A program made the translations under genes and the position numbers. This document shows positions 30,036 through 38,170 of a DNA stretch of 64,000 bases, piece after piece. Below the pieces are notes generated by a model, which had not been told where the DNA came from, did no database searches, and saw nothing but the letters and a program-made list of their open reading frames with translations. Every line of letters starts with the position of its first letter. The first letter of the stretch is position 1. Source of the stretch: Bacteroidota bacterium (GTDB lineage Bacteria > Bacteroidota > Bacteroidia > Flavobacteriales > Flavobacteriaceae); NCBI GenBank assembly GCA_003650305.1, contig QMOV01000004.1, forward strand, positions 1,194 through 65,193, given 5' to 3'.

Positions 30036-32501
30036 ATGAAAAGACTAATCACCCTTTGTGTGTTATCCCTATTTACAATTTTAAACATACAAGCAACCGA
30101 AAAAGAAGCACTTGTGGACGGTTCCATCTCTGGAAAAGTTTATGATGCTACTCTAAACGAACCCTTACCTTATGTAAACATAGTTATAAAAAATTCTGAA
30201 GGAGAAATTGTAACAGGTGGAATTACATTAGAAGACGGAACATTCAAAATCACAAAAATTCCTGAAGGAAACATTACTGTAACCATACAATATATTGGTT
30301 ACAAAGCTGTAGTTAAAGAAATTACTATTAGTAGGAGCAATCGTAAAGTAGATTTTGGTAACATTAGGCTAGAAGAAGAAGCTGCTGGGCTTGACGAAGT
30401 AACAGTTATAGCAGAAGTATCTACTATACAACAAAGAGTTGACCGAAAAGTAATTACCATAGGAAAAGATTTAGCAGCCAGTGGTACAGCTTCAGATATT
30501 ATGGTAGGTATTCCATCGGTTAGTATAGATGCTCAAACTGGAGATATTAGTATGCGTGGTAACTCCAATGTTCGTGTAATGGTAGATGGCAAGTTATCTA
30601 ACATTCCAACAGCACAGTTGTTAAAACAAATTCCTTCTGCTTCAATTAGATCTATAGAATTAATCACAAATCCTTCAGCAAAATATAATCCTGAAGGTAT
30701 GAGCGGAATTATTAATATTGTGTTACATAAAAACACAATGATAGGATTTAATGGCAGTACAAGTGTTGGCTTGAGATACGAAAAGGAACCAAAATTTAAT
30801 AGTTCATTAAATATGAATTATCGTAACGGTAAATTTAATTTATATGGAAACTATAGCAATAATATTTCTAAAAATGTTAATTACGGATTTATCGACAGAA
30901 TTGAGCAAAATACACTTCAAACGATAGATATCTTAGATGATAGAAAATCGCATTCATTTAAAGTGGGTCTTGATTTTTATTTAAACGATAAGAATACGCT
31001 TTCAGTTTTCACTAACCAAAATCTTTTTGCTGGCGGAACAAATGCCGAAACTGACATCTTTTTTAGTGATAATGCTTTCGATCAAAATCAAATTATATCT
31101 AATGATGGAGACAACGAATCTCATCAATATAATTTTGATTACAAACTTGATTTCAACAAAGAAGGTCAAAATATTGAACTTGAAGTTGATTATAACGTAT
31201 ATAATGGCGATCAGAGAACGGACAACTCATTCGCAGGATTTATTATAAGACCTGATTATTTTGAGCTTAATGATACCGAAAGAAATCGTACAACCATTAA
31301 TTTAGATTATGTTGATCCTTTATCTGAAACCACTAAATTAGAATTAGGCTTACAAGCAAGATTATTCAACAATACTATTAATTACGAATCGGATGCACGC
31401 TCACAAAATTTATTAGGAGAATACATCCCAACTACAACCTATTTTGATTATAGTAGAGATATCTATTCGGCTTATGCAACTTATAGTAAAAAGTTCGAAA
31501 AGTGGACCTATCAAATAGGATTGCGTGCCGAAAATGTACAAGTTGAAACTTTGGCTTTAGAAACTGACCTTGAAACTGATGCAGCTACTGCTTTCCCTTT
31601 TGATAATGATTATTTTGAGGTTTATCCATCTGCTTTTTTTACATATAGTCCATCTGAAAAAAATTCATATCAACTAAGCTATAGTAGACGTGTTGACAGA
31701 CCAGGAGTGGGACAAGTAAATCCATTACCTGAATTTAGTACGCCTTTAATTTCTAAATTCGGAAATCAAGATTTACAGCCACAATTCACCAACTCAATTG
31801 AAACTAATTATACTAGAACATTAAATAATAGAAAAGGAAGTATTACTACTGGTATATTTTATAGAAGTATAAAAGACGAAATATCAACTGTTGTTTTAGT
31901 TGATAGAGCAGATTTTAACAGATTAATTTTAACTGACGATAATTTTGACGATACTTCGGCTTTTGGTTTTGAATTTTCTACTAATTATCGCCCAACAAAA
32001 TGGTGGAGTATTAATGGAAGTTTTGATTTCTATTCTCAAACTCAAAAAAGTATTAGTGAAAGACTAACAGTTTCACCAGAAATTGCAACTGAAAACGATA
32101 TAGTTTTAGAAACTGTTGAAGTTGACAATTTAGCTTGGAACTTTAGAATGTACAATAATTTTAGTGTTAGCAAGAGTTTATCGTTTACAGCATTTGGATT
32201 TTATAGAGGAACAAATAAGAGTATTCAATTTAATGTTGATCCAATGTATTTTGTAAATCTAGGAATGCGTTATAGCTTTCTGGAAGGTAAGGCCAACTTT
32301 AGCTTAAGTTTTAATGATGTATTTAATACAATGAAATTTGGTGGAGAAGCAAACAGACCTTTCAAACAAGAAATTCAATTTAACTGGGAAAGCCAAACTG
32401 TCGCAGCCAGTTTATCTTATCGCTTTGGTGGTGGTAAGTACAGAGCAAAATCTCGTAAACGTAGAGATAATGATGAAAAATCAGGAGGAGGAATATTTTA
32501 A
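30036..32501 (+). CDS. TonB-dependent receptor-like outer-membrane beta-barrel protein with an N-terminal CarboxypepD_reg domain
   Basis: 821 aa with a signal peptide, the GKVYDATLNEPLPYVNIVIKN beta-sandwich, a plug-like region and a long barrel ending in a C-terminal Phe (GGGIF). Confidence 0.7.
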   Translation: MKRLITLCVLSLFTILNIQATEKEALVDGSISGKVYDATLNEPLPYVNIVIKNSEGEIVTGGITLEDGTFKITKIPEGNITVTIQYIGYKAVVKEITISRSNRKVDFGNIRLEEEAAGLDEVTVIAEVSTIQQRVDRKVITIGKDLAASGTASDIMVGIPSVSIDAQTGDISMRGNSNVRVMVDGKLSNIPTAQLLKQIPSASIRSIELITNPSAKYNPEGMSGIINIVLHKNTMIGFNGSTSVGLRYEKEPKFNSSLNMNYRNGKFNLYGNYSNNISKNVNYGFIDRIEQNTLQTIDILDDRKSHSFKVGLDFYLNDKNTLSVFTNQNLFAGGTNAETDIFFSDNAFDQNQIISNDGDNESHQYNFDYKLDFNKEGQNIELEVDYNVYNGDQRTDNSFAGFIIRPDYFELNDTERNRTTINLDYVDPLSETTKLELGLQARLFNNTINYESDARSQNLLGEYIPTTTYFDYSRDIYSAYATYSKKFEKWTYQIGLRAENVQVETLALETDLETDAATAFPFDNDYFEVYPSAFFTYSPSEKNSYQLSYSRRVDRPGVGQVNPLPEFSTPLISKFGNQDLQPQFTNSIETNYTRTLNNRKGSITTGIFYRSIKDEISTVVLVDRADFNRLILTDDNFDDTSAFGFEFSTNYRPTKWWSINGSFDFYSQTQKSISERLTVSPEIATENDIVLETVEVDNLAWNFRMYNNFSVSKSLSFTAFGFYRGTNKSIQFNVDPMYFVNLGMRYSFLEGKANFSLSFNDVFNTMKFGGEANRPFKQEIQFNWESQTVAASLSYRFGGGKYRAKSRKRRDNDEKSGGGIF

Positions 32502-32545
32502 TAAAATAAATAAGCCCAATTAATAACCTACATAATAGTTGATGG

Positions 32546-32603
32546 TTAGTGTTAATGTTTGGTTATTAATAAGAAAACCCAAAGTGTAATAACTTTGGGT
32601 TTT
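32546..32603 (+). other. module A: conserved AGTGTTAATGTTTGGTTA motif plus terminator hairpin (candidate small RNA 3' module)
   Basis: Paralogous to module B. The motif is shared, while the hairpin stems differ and remain self-complementary. Confidence 0.3.
32574..32603 (+). terminator. hairpin terminator (part of module A) downstream of the TonB-dependent receptor gene
   Basis: AAAACCCAAAGT-GTAATA-ACTTTGGGTTTT, a 12-bp stem whose 3' arm ends in TTTT. Confidence 0.55.
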
Positions 32604-32620
32604 CAGCTTAAAAAATAATT

Positions 32621-32641
32621 CCTCAATGCAAAGCATTGAGG
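32621..32641. repeat. perfect 9-bp hairpin CCTCAATGC-AAA-GCATTGAGG
   Basis: Read directly. It lies between module A and the reverse GGAATGAC-family copy. Confidence 0.6.
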
Positions 32642-32655
32642 TTACCGCTAAAATT

Positions 32656-32679
32656 GTCATTCTCGCAAAAGTGGGAATC
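32656..32679 (-). repeat. GGAATGAC-family hairpin repeat, reverse orientation
   Basis: The plus strand GTCATTCTCGCAAAAGTGGGAATC is the reverse complement of GATTCCCACTTTTGCGAGAATGAC. It shares GCGAGAATGAC with copy 1 at 20916-20926. Confidence 0.75.
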
Positions 32680-32759
32680 TAAACTGTTAAAATTGGTTAA
32701 AATTTTGTATGTAATGAAATAAAAATCAATTTTTTACGTCTTATATATAGTGAGCATTT

Positions 32760-32823
32760 TTAGTAAGTGTTAATGTTGGTTAATAGCAAGAAAAACCGAA
32801 ACAGTCTTTGTTTCGGTTTTTTT
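32760..32823 (+). other. module B: conserved AGTGTTAATGTTGGTTA motif plus terminator hairpin (candidate small RNA 3' module)
   Basis: It has the same architecture and orientation as module A, about 215 nt downstream. Confidence 0.3.
32791..32823 (+). terminator. hairpin terminator (part of module B)
   Basis: AAAAACCGAAACA-GTCTT-TGTTTCGGTTTTT plus further T residues. It is a 13-bp stem with a 7-T run. Confidence 0.6.
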
Positions 32824-32859
32824 ATTCCCTTGAATCCCGATAGCTATCGGGAGGGAATC
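32824..32859 (-). repeat. 18-bp palindrome element, copy 2 (reverse orientation), with outer stem ATTCCC/GGGAAT
   Basis: ATTCCC-TTGAA-TCCCGATAGCTATCGGGA-GGGAAT directly follows the T-run of terminator B. Confidence 0.9.
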
Positions 32860-32921
32860 TTATTTATTAGAACTTTTATTTTGATTGATTTAATGACATT
32901 GATTCCGTTTCTTTTTTAAGA

Positions 32922-33013
32922 GATTCCTGCCTTGCGCCTCCGCTTTCAGCCTTCGTAGCTAAACTACTTCGGCGAAGTAGGCAAAGCTTCAGGAGGCATG
33001 CAGACTCAGGAAT
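32922..33013. repeat. 92-nt GC-rich long imperfect hairpin abutting the fabH stop codon
   Basis: Nested complementary pairs are ATTCCTG(32923-29)/CAGGAAT(33007-13), GCCTCC(32936-41)/GGAGGC(32992-97), GCTTT/AAAGC, and the central CTACTTC-GGC-GAAGTAG. It is about 53% G+C by hand count. Confidence 0.75.
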
Positions 33014-34018
33014 TTACCATCGAATAATTACACTTCCCCAAGTAAAGCCACTACCAAAAGCAGCCAATACAATAGTGTCTCCATCTTTTACTTTACCTTG
33101 CTCCCAAGCTTCTGTAAGTGCAATAATAATAGATGCCGCAGTAGTATTACCATACTTCATAATATTATTAAAAACTTGGTCATCTCTTAATCTAAATCTT
33201 CTTTGTACAAATTGAGAAATACGCAAATTAGCTTGATGTGGAATAAACAAATCGATATCTTCTTTTGTTAAATTATTTTTAGTTAAACCTTCTGTTATAA
33301 CTTCACTAAAACGTACTACTGCATTTTTAAATACAAAAGTCCCATCCATATAAGGAAAATAAGAAACATCTTCTTCTTTTGAAGCTAATATCTCGGGAAC
33401 CCAATGCCCAATACTTGGCGACTCTACAATTAATTTATCTGCATATTTTCCTTCGCTATGTAAATGCGTTGATAAAATTCCTTTAGCATTATCATCTTCT
33501 TGAGATAAAACACAAGCTCCAGCACCATCACCAAAAATTACGGTTACACCTCTACCACGATTCGTTTTATCCAATCCGTTAGAATGGTATTCGGCACCAA
33601 TAACCAACACATTTTTATACATTCCTGTTTTAATAAATTGGTCTGCTACAGAAATTGCATATACAAACCCTGAACATTGATTTCGTACATCTAAAGCACC
33701 AATAGTTTTCATGTCTAACATCTCTTGAATTTGCACACCACATCCAGGAAAATAATAATCTGGACTTAAAGTTGCAAACACAATAAAATCGATATCATCT
33801 TTAGTTAAACCAGCACGTTCTATAGCAATTCTTGCTGCTTTTGCTCCCATAATAGCAGAAGAATCATCACTTCCCTCTTCAATCCATCTACGCTCTTTTA
33901 TGCCTGTACGTTCCTGTATCCATTCGTCAGTTGTGTCCATCAACTTCGATAAATCATCGTTAGTAACCACATTATCTGGAACATAAGAACCTAAACCTAT
34001 TATTTTTGAATTGTACAT
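33014..34018 (-). CDS. fabH: beta-ketoacyl-ACP synthase III
   Basis: 334 aa with the active-site Cys context NQCSGFVYA, the His context IPHQANLRI, and the GNTTAAS motif. Confidence 0.85.
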   Translation of the reverse strand: MYNSKIIGLGSYVPDNVVTNDDLSKLMDTTDEWIQERTGIKERRWIEEGSDDSSAIMGAKAARIAIERAGLTKDDIDFIVFATLSPDYYFPGCGVQIQEMLDMKTIGALDVRNQCSGFVYAISVADQFIKTGMYKNVLVIGAEYHSNGLDKTNRGRGVTVIFGDGAGACVLSQEDDNAKGILSTHLHSEGKYADKLIVESPSIGHWVPEILASKEEDVSYFPYMDGTFVFKNAVVRFSEVITEGLTKNNLTKEDIDLFIPHQANLRISQFVQRRFRLRDDQVFNNIMKYGNTTAASIIIALTEAWEQGKVKDGDTIVLAAFGSGFTWGSVIIRW

Positions 34019-34205
34019 ATATCAATATTTTTTTCTAAAAAGAGAGAAATCTGAAGTTTAACTAATAATTCAAAAGTACAAAATTATTGGTTCATCAAAT
34101 ATTGAAAATTCCAATTGTCAAAATTCAAATTTCAAAAGCTAATTTAAACATTTGGGATTTGGATATTGAATCTTTAGAAATTTACTTTTTCATCAGAAAA
34201 AGTCG

Positions 34206-34235
34206 TGCCAGTTTGTCACTTTTAACGAATTGGCA
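34206..34235. promoter_or_regulatory. inverted repeat TGCCAGTT-N14-AATTGGCA upstream of htpG (candidate operator)
   Basis: 7 of 8 positions are complementary between the arms. It lies about 100 nt upstream of the htpG ATG, in the fabH/htpG divergent region. Confidence 0.25.
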
Positions 34236-34282
34236 TTTTTGTTGTTATTATTCAAAATGAAAATTAAAATAACTATAAGCAG

Positions 34283-34317
34283 TTTTCCTCCCGATAGCTA
34301 TCGGGATTAGCGGAAAA
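34283..34317 (+). repeat. 18-bp palindrome element, copy 3, with outer stem TTTTCC/GGAAAA, in the htpG leader region
   Basis: TTTTCC-TCCCGATAGCTATCGGGA-TTAGC-GGAAAA ends 20 nt before the htpG ATG. Confidence 0.9.
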
Positions 34318-34337
34318 GAAAAAAATAACAATTCATT

Positions 34338-36260
34338 ATGGCAAAAGGAAATATTAATGTTGCAGTAGAAAACATTTTCCCCTTAATTAAAAAATTCTTG
34401 TACAGCGATCACGAAATCTTTTTACGTGAGCTTATAAGTAACGCTACAGATGCGACTTTAAAATTGAAGCACATTTCTAATATTGGAGAAGCTAAAGTAG
34501 AATATGGTAATCCGCAAATTGAAGTTAAAATTGACAAAAAAGGCAAAAAACTTCACTTTATTGACCAAGGATTAGGAATGACAGCCGAAGAAATAAAAAA
34601 ATATATTAACGAAATTGCGTTTTCTGGTGCTGAAGAATTTTTAGATAAATACAAAGACAAGAGTGGAAAAGCAGAAGATACAGGCATTATTGGACATTTT
34701 GGTTTAGGATTTTATTCATCTTTTATGGTGGCAGACAAAGTAGAAATCCATACCAAGTCTTTTAAAGATGAAGATGCTGCTCATTGGACTTGCGATGGTT
34801 CTCCAGAATACGCTTTAGTAAAAGGAAAAAGAAAAGAAAGAGGAACAGAAATAATCCTTCATATTGCAGATGATTCTACAGAGTTTCTTGAAGAATCTCG
34901 GATAAAAGAGTTATTACAGAAGTATAACAAGTTTATGCCAATTCCAATCAAGTTTGGCACTAAAGAAGTAAATGATCCTGACCATAAACCAAAAACTACA
35001 AAAGATAAAGATGGTAAGGAAACTACAGAAGCTCACAAACAAATTACTGTCGATAATATTATCAACAATCCAAATCCTGCGTGGACAAAACAACCAGCCG
35101 ATTTAAAAGATGAGGATTATAAAGGGTTTTACAGAGAATTGTATCCAATGCAATTTGAAGAACCATTATTCAACATTCATCTAAATGTAGATTATCCGTT
35201 TAACCTGACAGGAATTTTGTATTTTCCAAAAATAACAAATGATTTAAGCATTCAGAAGGATCGAATTCAACTGTATCAAAATCAGGTGTTTGTAACTGAT
35301 AATGTTGAAGGCATAGTGCCAGAATTTTTAACCATGCTTCGTGGTGTAATCGATTCTCCAGACATTCCGTTAAACGTGTCACGTTCTTACCTTCAAGCAG
35401 ATGGAGCTGTAAAAAAGATTTCGTCTTACATCACTCGTAAAGTAGCCGATAAATTGAAATCGTTATTTAGTGAAAATCGTGAAGATTTTGAAAAGAAATG
35501 GGACGATATTAAAATTGTGATTGAATACGGAATGCTAAGCGAAGAAAAATTCTTCGAAAAAGCAGATGCTTTTGCATTGTATCCAACAGTAAATGGTAAG
35601 TATTTCACTTATGAGGAATTATACAACAAGATAAAAGCAAATCAAACTGATAAGGATGACAAGTTGGTAATCCTTTATGCTTCCGATAAAGACGCACAAC
35701 ACTCTTATATTGAAGCTGCTAAAGCCAAAGGTTACGAAGTGCTGTTGTTAGATTCGCCAATTGTGTCTCATTTAATTCAGAAATTAGAAACCTCTAAAGA
35801 AAACATCTCTTTTGCACGTGTTGATGGGGATCATATTGATAATTTAATTAAGAAAGAAGATACTAAAATTTCTAAACTATCAGATGAAGAAAAGACCAAG
35901 TTAGATGAGTTATTGAAAGCCGTAGTGCCTTCTGAAAAATTCATGGTGCAATTAGAACCTATGGATAGTAATGCTGCTCCGTTTATTATTACACAACCAG
36001 AGTTTATGCGTCGTATGAAAGAGATGCAACAAACTGGAGGTGGAGGCGGAATGTTTGGTATGGGAGATATGCCAGAAATGTTCAATCTGGTAGTAAATAC
36101 TAATTCGGAATTAGTAAGTGACATTTTAAATACTAAAACACGTAAAAAACAAGAACGTTTAATAAACCAAAGTTTAGATTTAGCACGACTTTCTCAAGGT
36201 TTGCTTAAAGGAGAAGAGCTTACTAACTTTATTAAGCGTAGTTATGATATGATAAAATAG
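34338..36260 (+). CDS. htpG: molecular chaperone HtpG (Hsp90)
   Basis: 640 aa with the GHKL ATPase motifs FLRELISNATDA and IGHFGLGFYSSFMV. Confidence 0.95.
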   Translation: MAKGNINVAVENIFPLIKKFLYSDHEIFLRELISNATDATLKLKHISNIGEAKVEYGNPQIEVKIDKKGKKLHFIDQGLGMTAEEIKKYINEIAFSGAEEFLDKYKDKSGKAEDTGIIGHFGLGFYSSFMVADKVEIHTKSFKDEDAAHWTCDGSPEYALVKGKRKERGTEIILHIADDSTEFLEESRIKELLQKYNKFMPIPIKFGTKEVNDPDHKPKTTKDKDGKETTEAHKQITVDNIINNPNPAWTKQPADLKDEDYKGFYRELYPMQFEEPLFNIHLNVDYPFNLTGILYFPKITNDLSIQKDRIQLYQNQVFVTDNVEGIVPEFLTMLRGVIDSPDIPLNVSRSYLQADGAVKKISSYITRKVADKLKSLFSENREDFEKKWDDIKIVIEYGMLSEEKFFEKADAFALYPTVNGKYFTYEELYNKIKANQTDKDDKLVILYASDKDAQHSYIEAAKAKGYEVLLLDSPIVSHLIQKLETSKENISFARVDGDHIDNLIKKEDTKISKLSDEEKTKLDELLKAVVPSEKFMVQLEPMDSNAAPFIITQPEFMRRMKEMQQTGGGGGMFGMGDMPEMFNLVVNTNSELVSDILNTKTRKKQERLINQSLDLARLSQGLLKGEELTNFIKRSYDMIK

Positions 36261-36313
36261 ATATTAGAATCAAGACCTTATATTAAGATTGTCGAAACAA
36301 GTTGAAACATCTT

Positions 36314-36359
36314 AAAAAACACAAACCACTCTGCTTTTTCAGAGTGGTTTGTGTTTTTT
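36314..36359 (+). terminator. strong intrinsic terminator after htpG
   Basis: AAAAAACACAAACCACTCTG-CTTTTT-CAGAGTGGTTTGTGTTTTTT, a perfect 20-bp stem including A/T tracts, 54 nt after the htpG stop. Confidence 0.85.
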
Positions 36360-36512
36360 AAGAAGATTAATAAAAAGTGGTCAAAAAAGATGCTTATAGA
36401 CGGTTTTTTATATGGGATTTTTTTAAAGGGTAAATAAATTTTTCAATACTAAAACAACTATTTTGGTTTTAATAAAAATTAAAATTATCTTCGAGACATT
36501 CCATAAAACTCT

Positions 36513-37574
36513 ATGAACGATAAACTTATTTCCAAGAAAAAACCTGCATTTCCTATAACAAAATTGTTATCAGGTTATCTTACAAATCACGGAAGACACA
36601 TAAAAATCCCTATTTTTTATGACGATTTATTACGATTTCAAGGAGCAATAGAAATTTTCGACGAAAAAGGAAACGACACACTTTGGATAAGAACTTATTA
36701 TGCAGAACACGAACGTGCCGAAATTGAGCTCAGTTTAAAACAAATATACACCATTCTACATTCTGATGGTAGCAACTCTATTTTACCATACTTAAATATT
36801 GATAGTATCGATTTTTGCACTTTTGGAAACACAAAACCTTTTAGAATAAAAGTGCGAAATGTTTTAAATGATAATTACATTTTTCTATACGTAAAAAAAG
36901 CAGATGCCTCCAGAGTTTATGGTTTAGAATTAGAGCATTTACTCTCACCAAATCATATTAATTTTTTGGTACACAAAGACACCTTGATTGAAGAACATAT
37001 TTCTGGTATTCCTGGTGATATTTTTATTGCTGAAAATTTTGATTCCTGTTCCGAACAAGACCAAAAAGCCATAGCTAAAGAATTTGTAAAATTTAATGAA
37101 CGCTGTTTTGTACGCTTATTGGCAGACATGAGATCTTACAATTATGTGTTTGTACTTACTCACGATTTTGACAGATTACAATACCGAATTAGAGCAATAG
37201 ATTTCGATCAGCAAAGCTATGAAGGCAATCCAAAAGTGTATAAACCACAGTTTTTAAAAGAAAATATTAAGTTGGTAGAAATGTCTCTAAATGTTTTAGC
37301 TCCAGAATCTATAGAGCAATACGAAAAAGAAGAACGCTCACTATTAGCTAAACGAGCATCAAGCGAACAAGAAAGATTAAACGAACTCTTGAATTGTATG
37401 AAAAAAGACAACATTTCAACACCAGAAAAAATAAAAGAACTCAAAGATGGCTTGTATAAATTAACAGCAGATGTTAACTTTAAAAAGTCAAAAAACATGG
37501 GAGAAATTTTAGGTAGTGCTTTAGACTTTATTATAAGAAATTACAAAAGTGAAAATCCATATATGATTAAATAA
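36513..37574 (+). CDS. hypothetical protein with protein-kinase-like catalytic motifs and a C-terminal coiled-coil tail
   Basis: 353-aa ORF. It has YIFLYVKK (beta3-Lys-like), ELEHLL (alphaC-Glu-like), a LIEEHISGIPG hinge, LADMRSYNY (D-x4-N catalytic loop, D205/N210) and AIDFDQ (DFG-like D230). The fold call is inference from motifs only. Confidence 0.5.
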   Translation: MNDKLISKKKPAFPITKLLSGYLTNHGRHIKIPIFYDDLLRFQGAIEIFDEKGNDTLWIRTYYAEHERAEIELSLKQIYTILHSDGSNSILPYLNIDSIDFCTFGNTKPFRIKVRNVLNDNYIFLYVKKADASRVYGLELEHLLSPNHINFLVHKDTLIEEHISGIPGDIFIAENFDSCSEQDQKAIAKEFVKFNERCFVRLLADMRSYNYVFVLTHDFDRLQYRIRAIDFDQQSYEGNPKVYKPQFLKENIKLVEMSLNVLAPESIEQYEKEERSLLAKRASSEQERLNELLNCMKKDNISTPEKIKELKDGLYKLTADVNFKKSKNMGEILGSALDFIIRNYKSENPYMIK

Positions 37575-37643
37575 ACACATGTACTGAACTTGATCAGTAT
37601 TGAAACGTTTTTTATCTTGATATTGTAAAACATTTGACGAAAC

Positions 37644-38122
37644 TTGAAACAAATTTATCTTTCTAAAGAATTAAAACTCTTTTATTTAAAAGACTTTGAA
37701 AAATTATTATCCGATAAAAATGAATTTTGGAAAATAGAAGAATCTATTGGTGGACATCTGATTAAAATAAATATAAGTGATAAGATTCAAACTTTATATT
37801 CGAAAAATGGACAAAATGATTCTCTATTAGGTAGTTATTTGGCTTTCTGCTATATCGAAAAATTAGAACAGAAAATATTTAAAATTTAATTCCTAAAATT
37901 CTTTTTGAATTTAATGATATTAGAAATGGTTGTTGCTTTTATGAATTTAGTTATCCTCGTAATAATGAAAATTTTAATGGAGATAGAACTCTTGGTTTTT
38001 CTTGTACTGATAATGAAGACCATTTCAGAATAAACCATATAAAAATTACATTTAAATCATATAATCGATTAGAGCACATACGTTTCTGGGATTATTTAAC
38101 TGATGAATTAACGAAAATATAA
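37644..38122 (+). pseudogene. small gene of unknown function split by a frame change near 37881-37889
   Basis: An 81-aa ORF (TTG start 37644) stops at 37887-37889. The -1 frame is open from 37883 to the TAA at 38120-38122 with no start codon. It encodes NLIPKILFEFNDIRNGCCFYEFSYPRNNENFNGDRTLGFSCTDNEDHFRINHIKITFKSYNRLEHIRFWDYLTDELTKI. Confidence 0.4.
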
Positions 38123-38170
38123 AACGTTTTACAAAACCGCACTATTCTTATACCAACCGTCAAACAAAAC

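Noticed and set aside
34231-34246. Sigma-54-like promoter TGGCAT-N-TTGT upstream of htpG.
   Set aside because: The GG-N10 spacing fits, but the -12 element reads TTGT rather than TTGC, and no enhancer-binding-protein gene is nearby. It also overlaps the inverted-repeat arm, which explains the TGGCA.
20888-34317. CRISPR-like interpretation of the repeated palindromes.
   Set aside because: There are only three copies, 12 kb and 1.4 kb apart, in mixed orientation, with no regular spacer periodicity and no cas genes. They are dispersed intergenic repeats, not an array.
37872-37889. Programmed -1 ribosomal frameshifting at the junction of the split small gene.
   Set aside because: The zero-frame codons are AAA ATA TTT AAA ATT TAA, which do not form an X XXY YYZ slippery heptamer in frame. 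No downstream stem-loop or pseudoknot is evident, so a simple indel (pseudogene or sequencing error) is more parsimonious.
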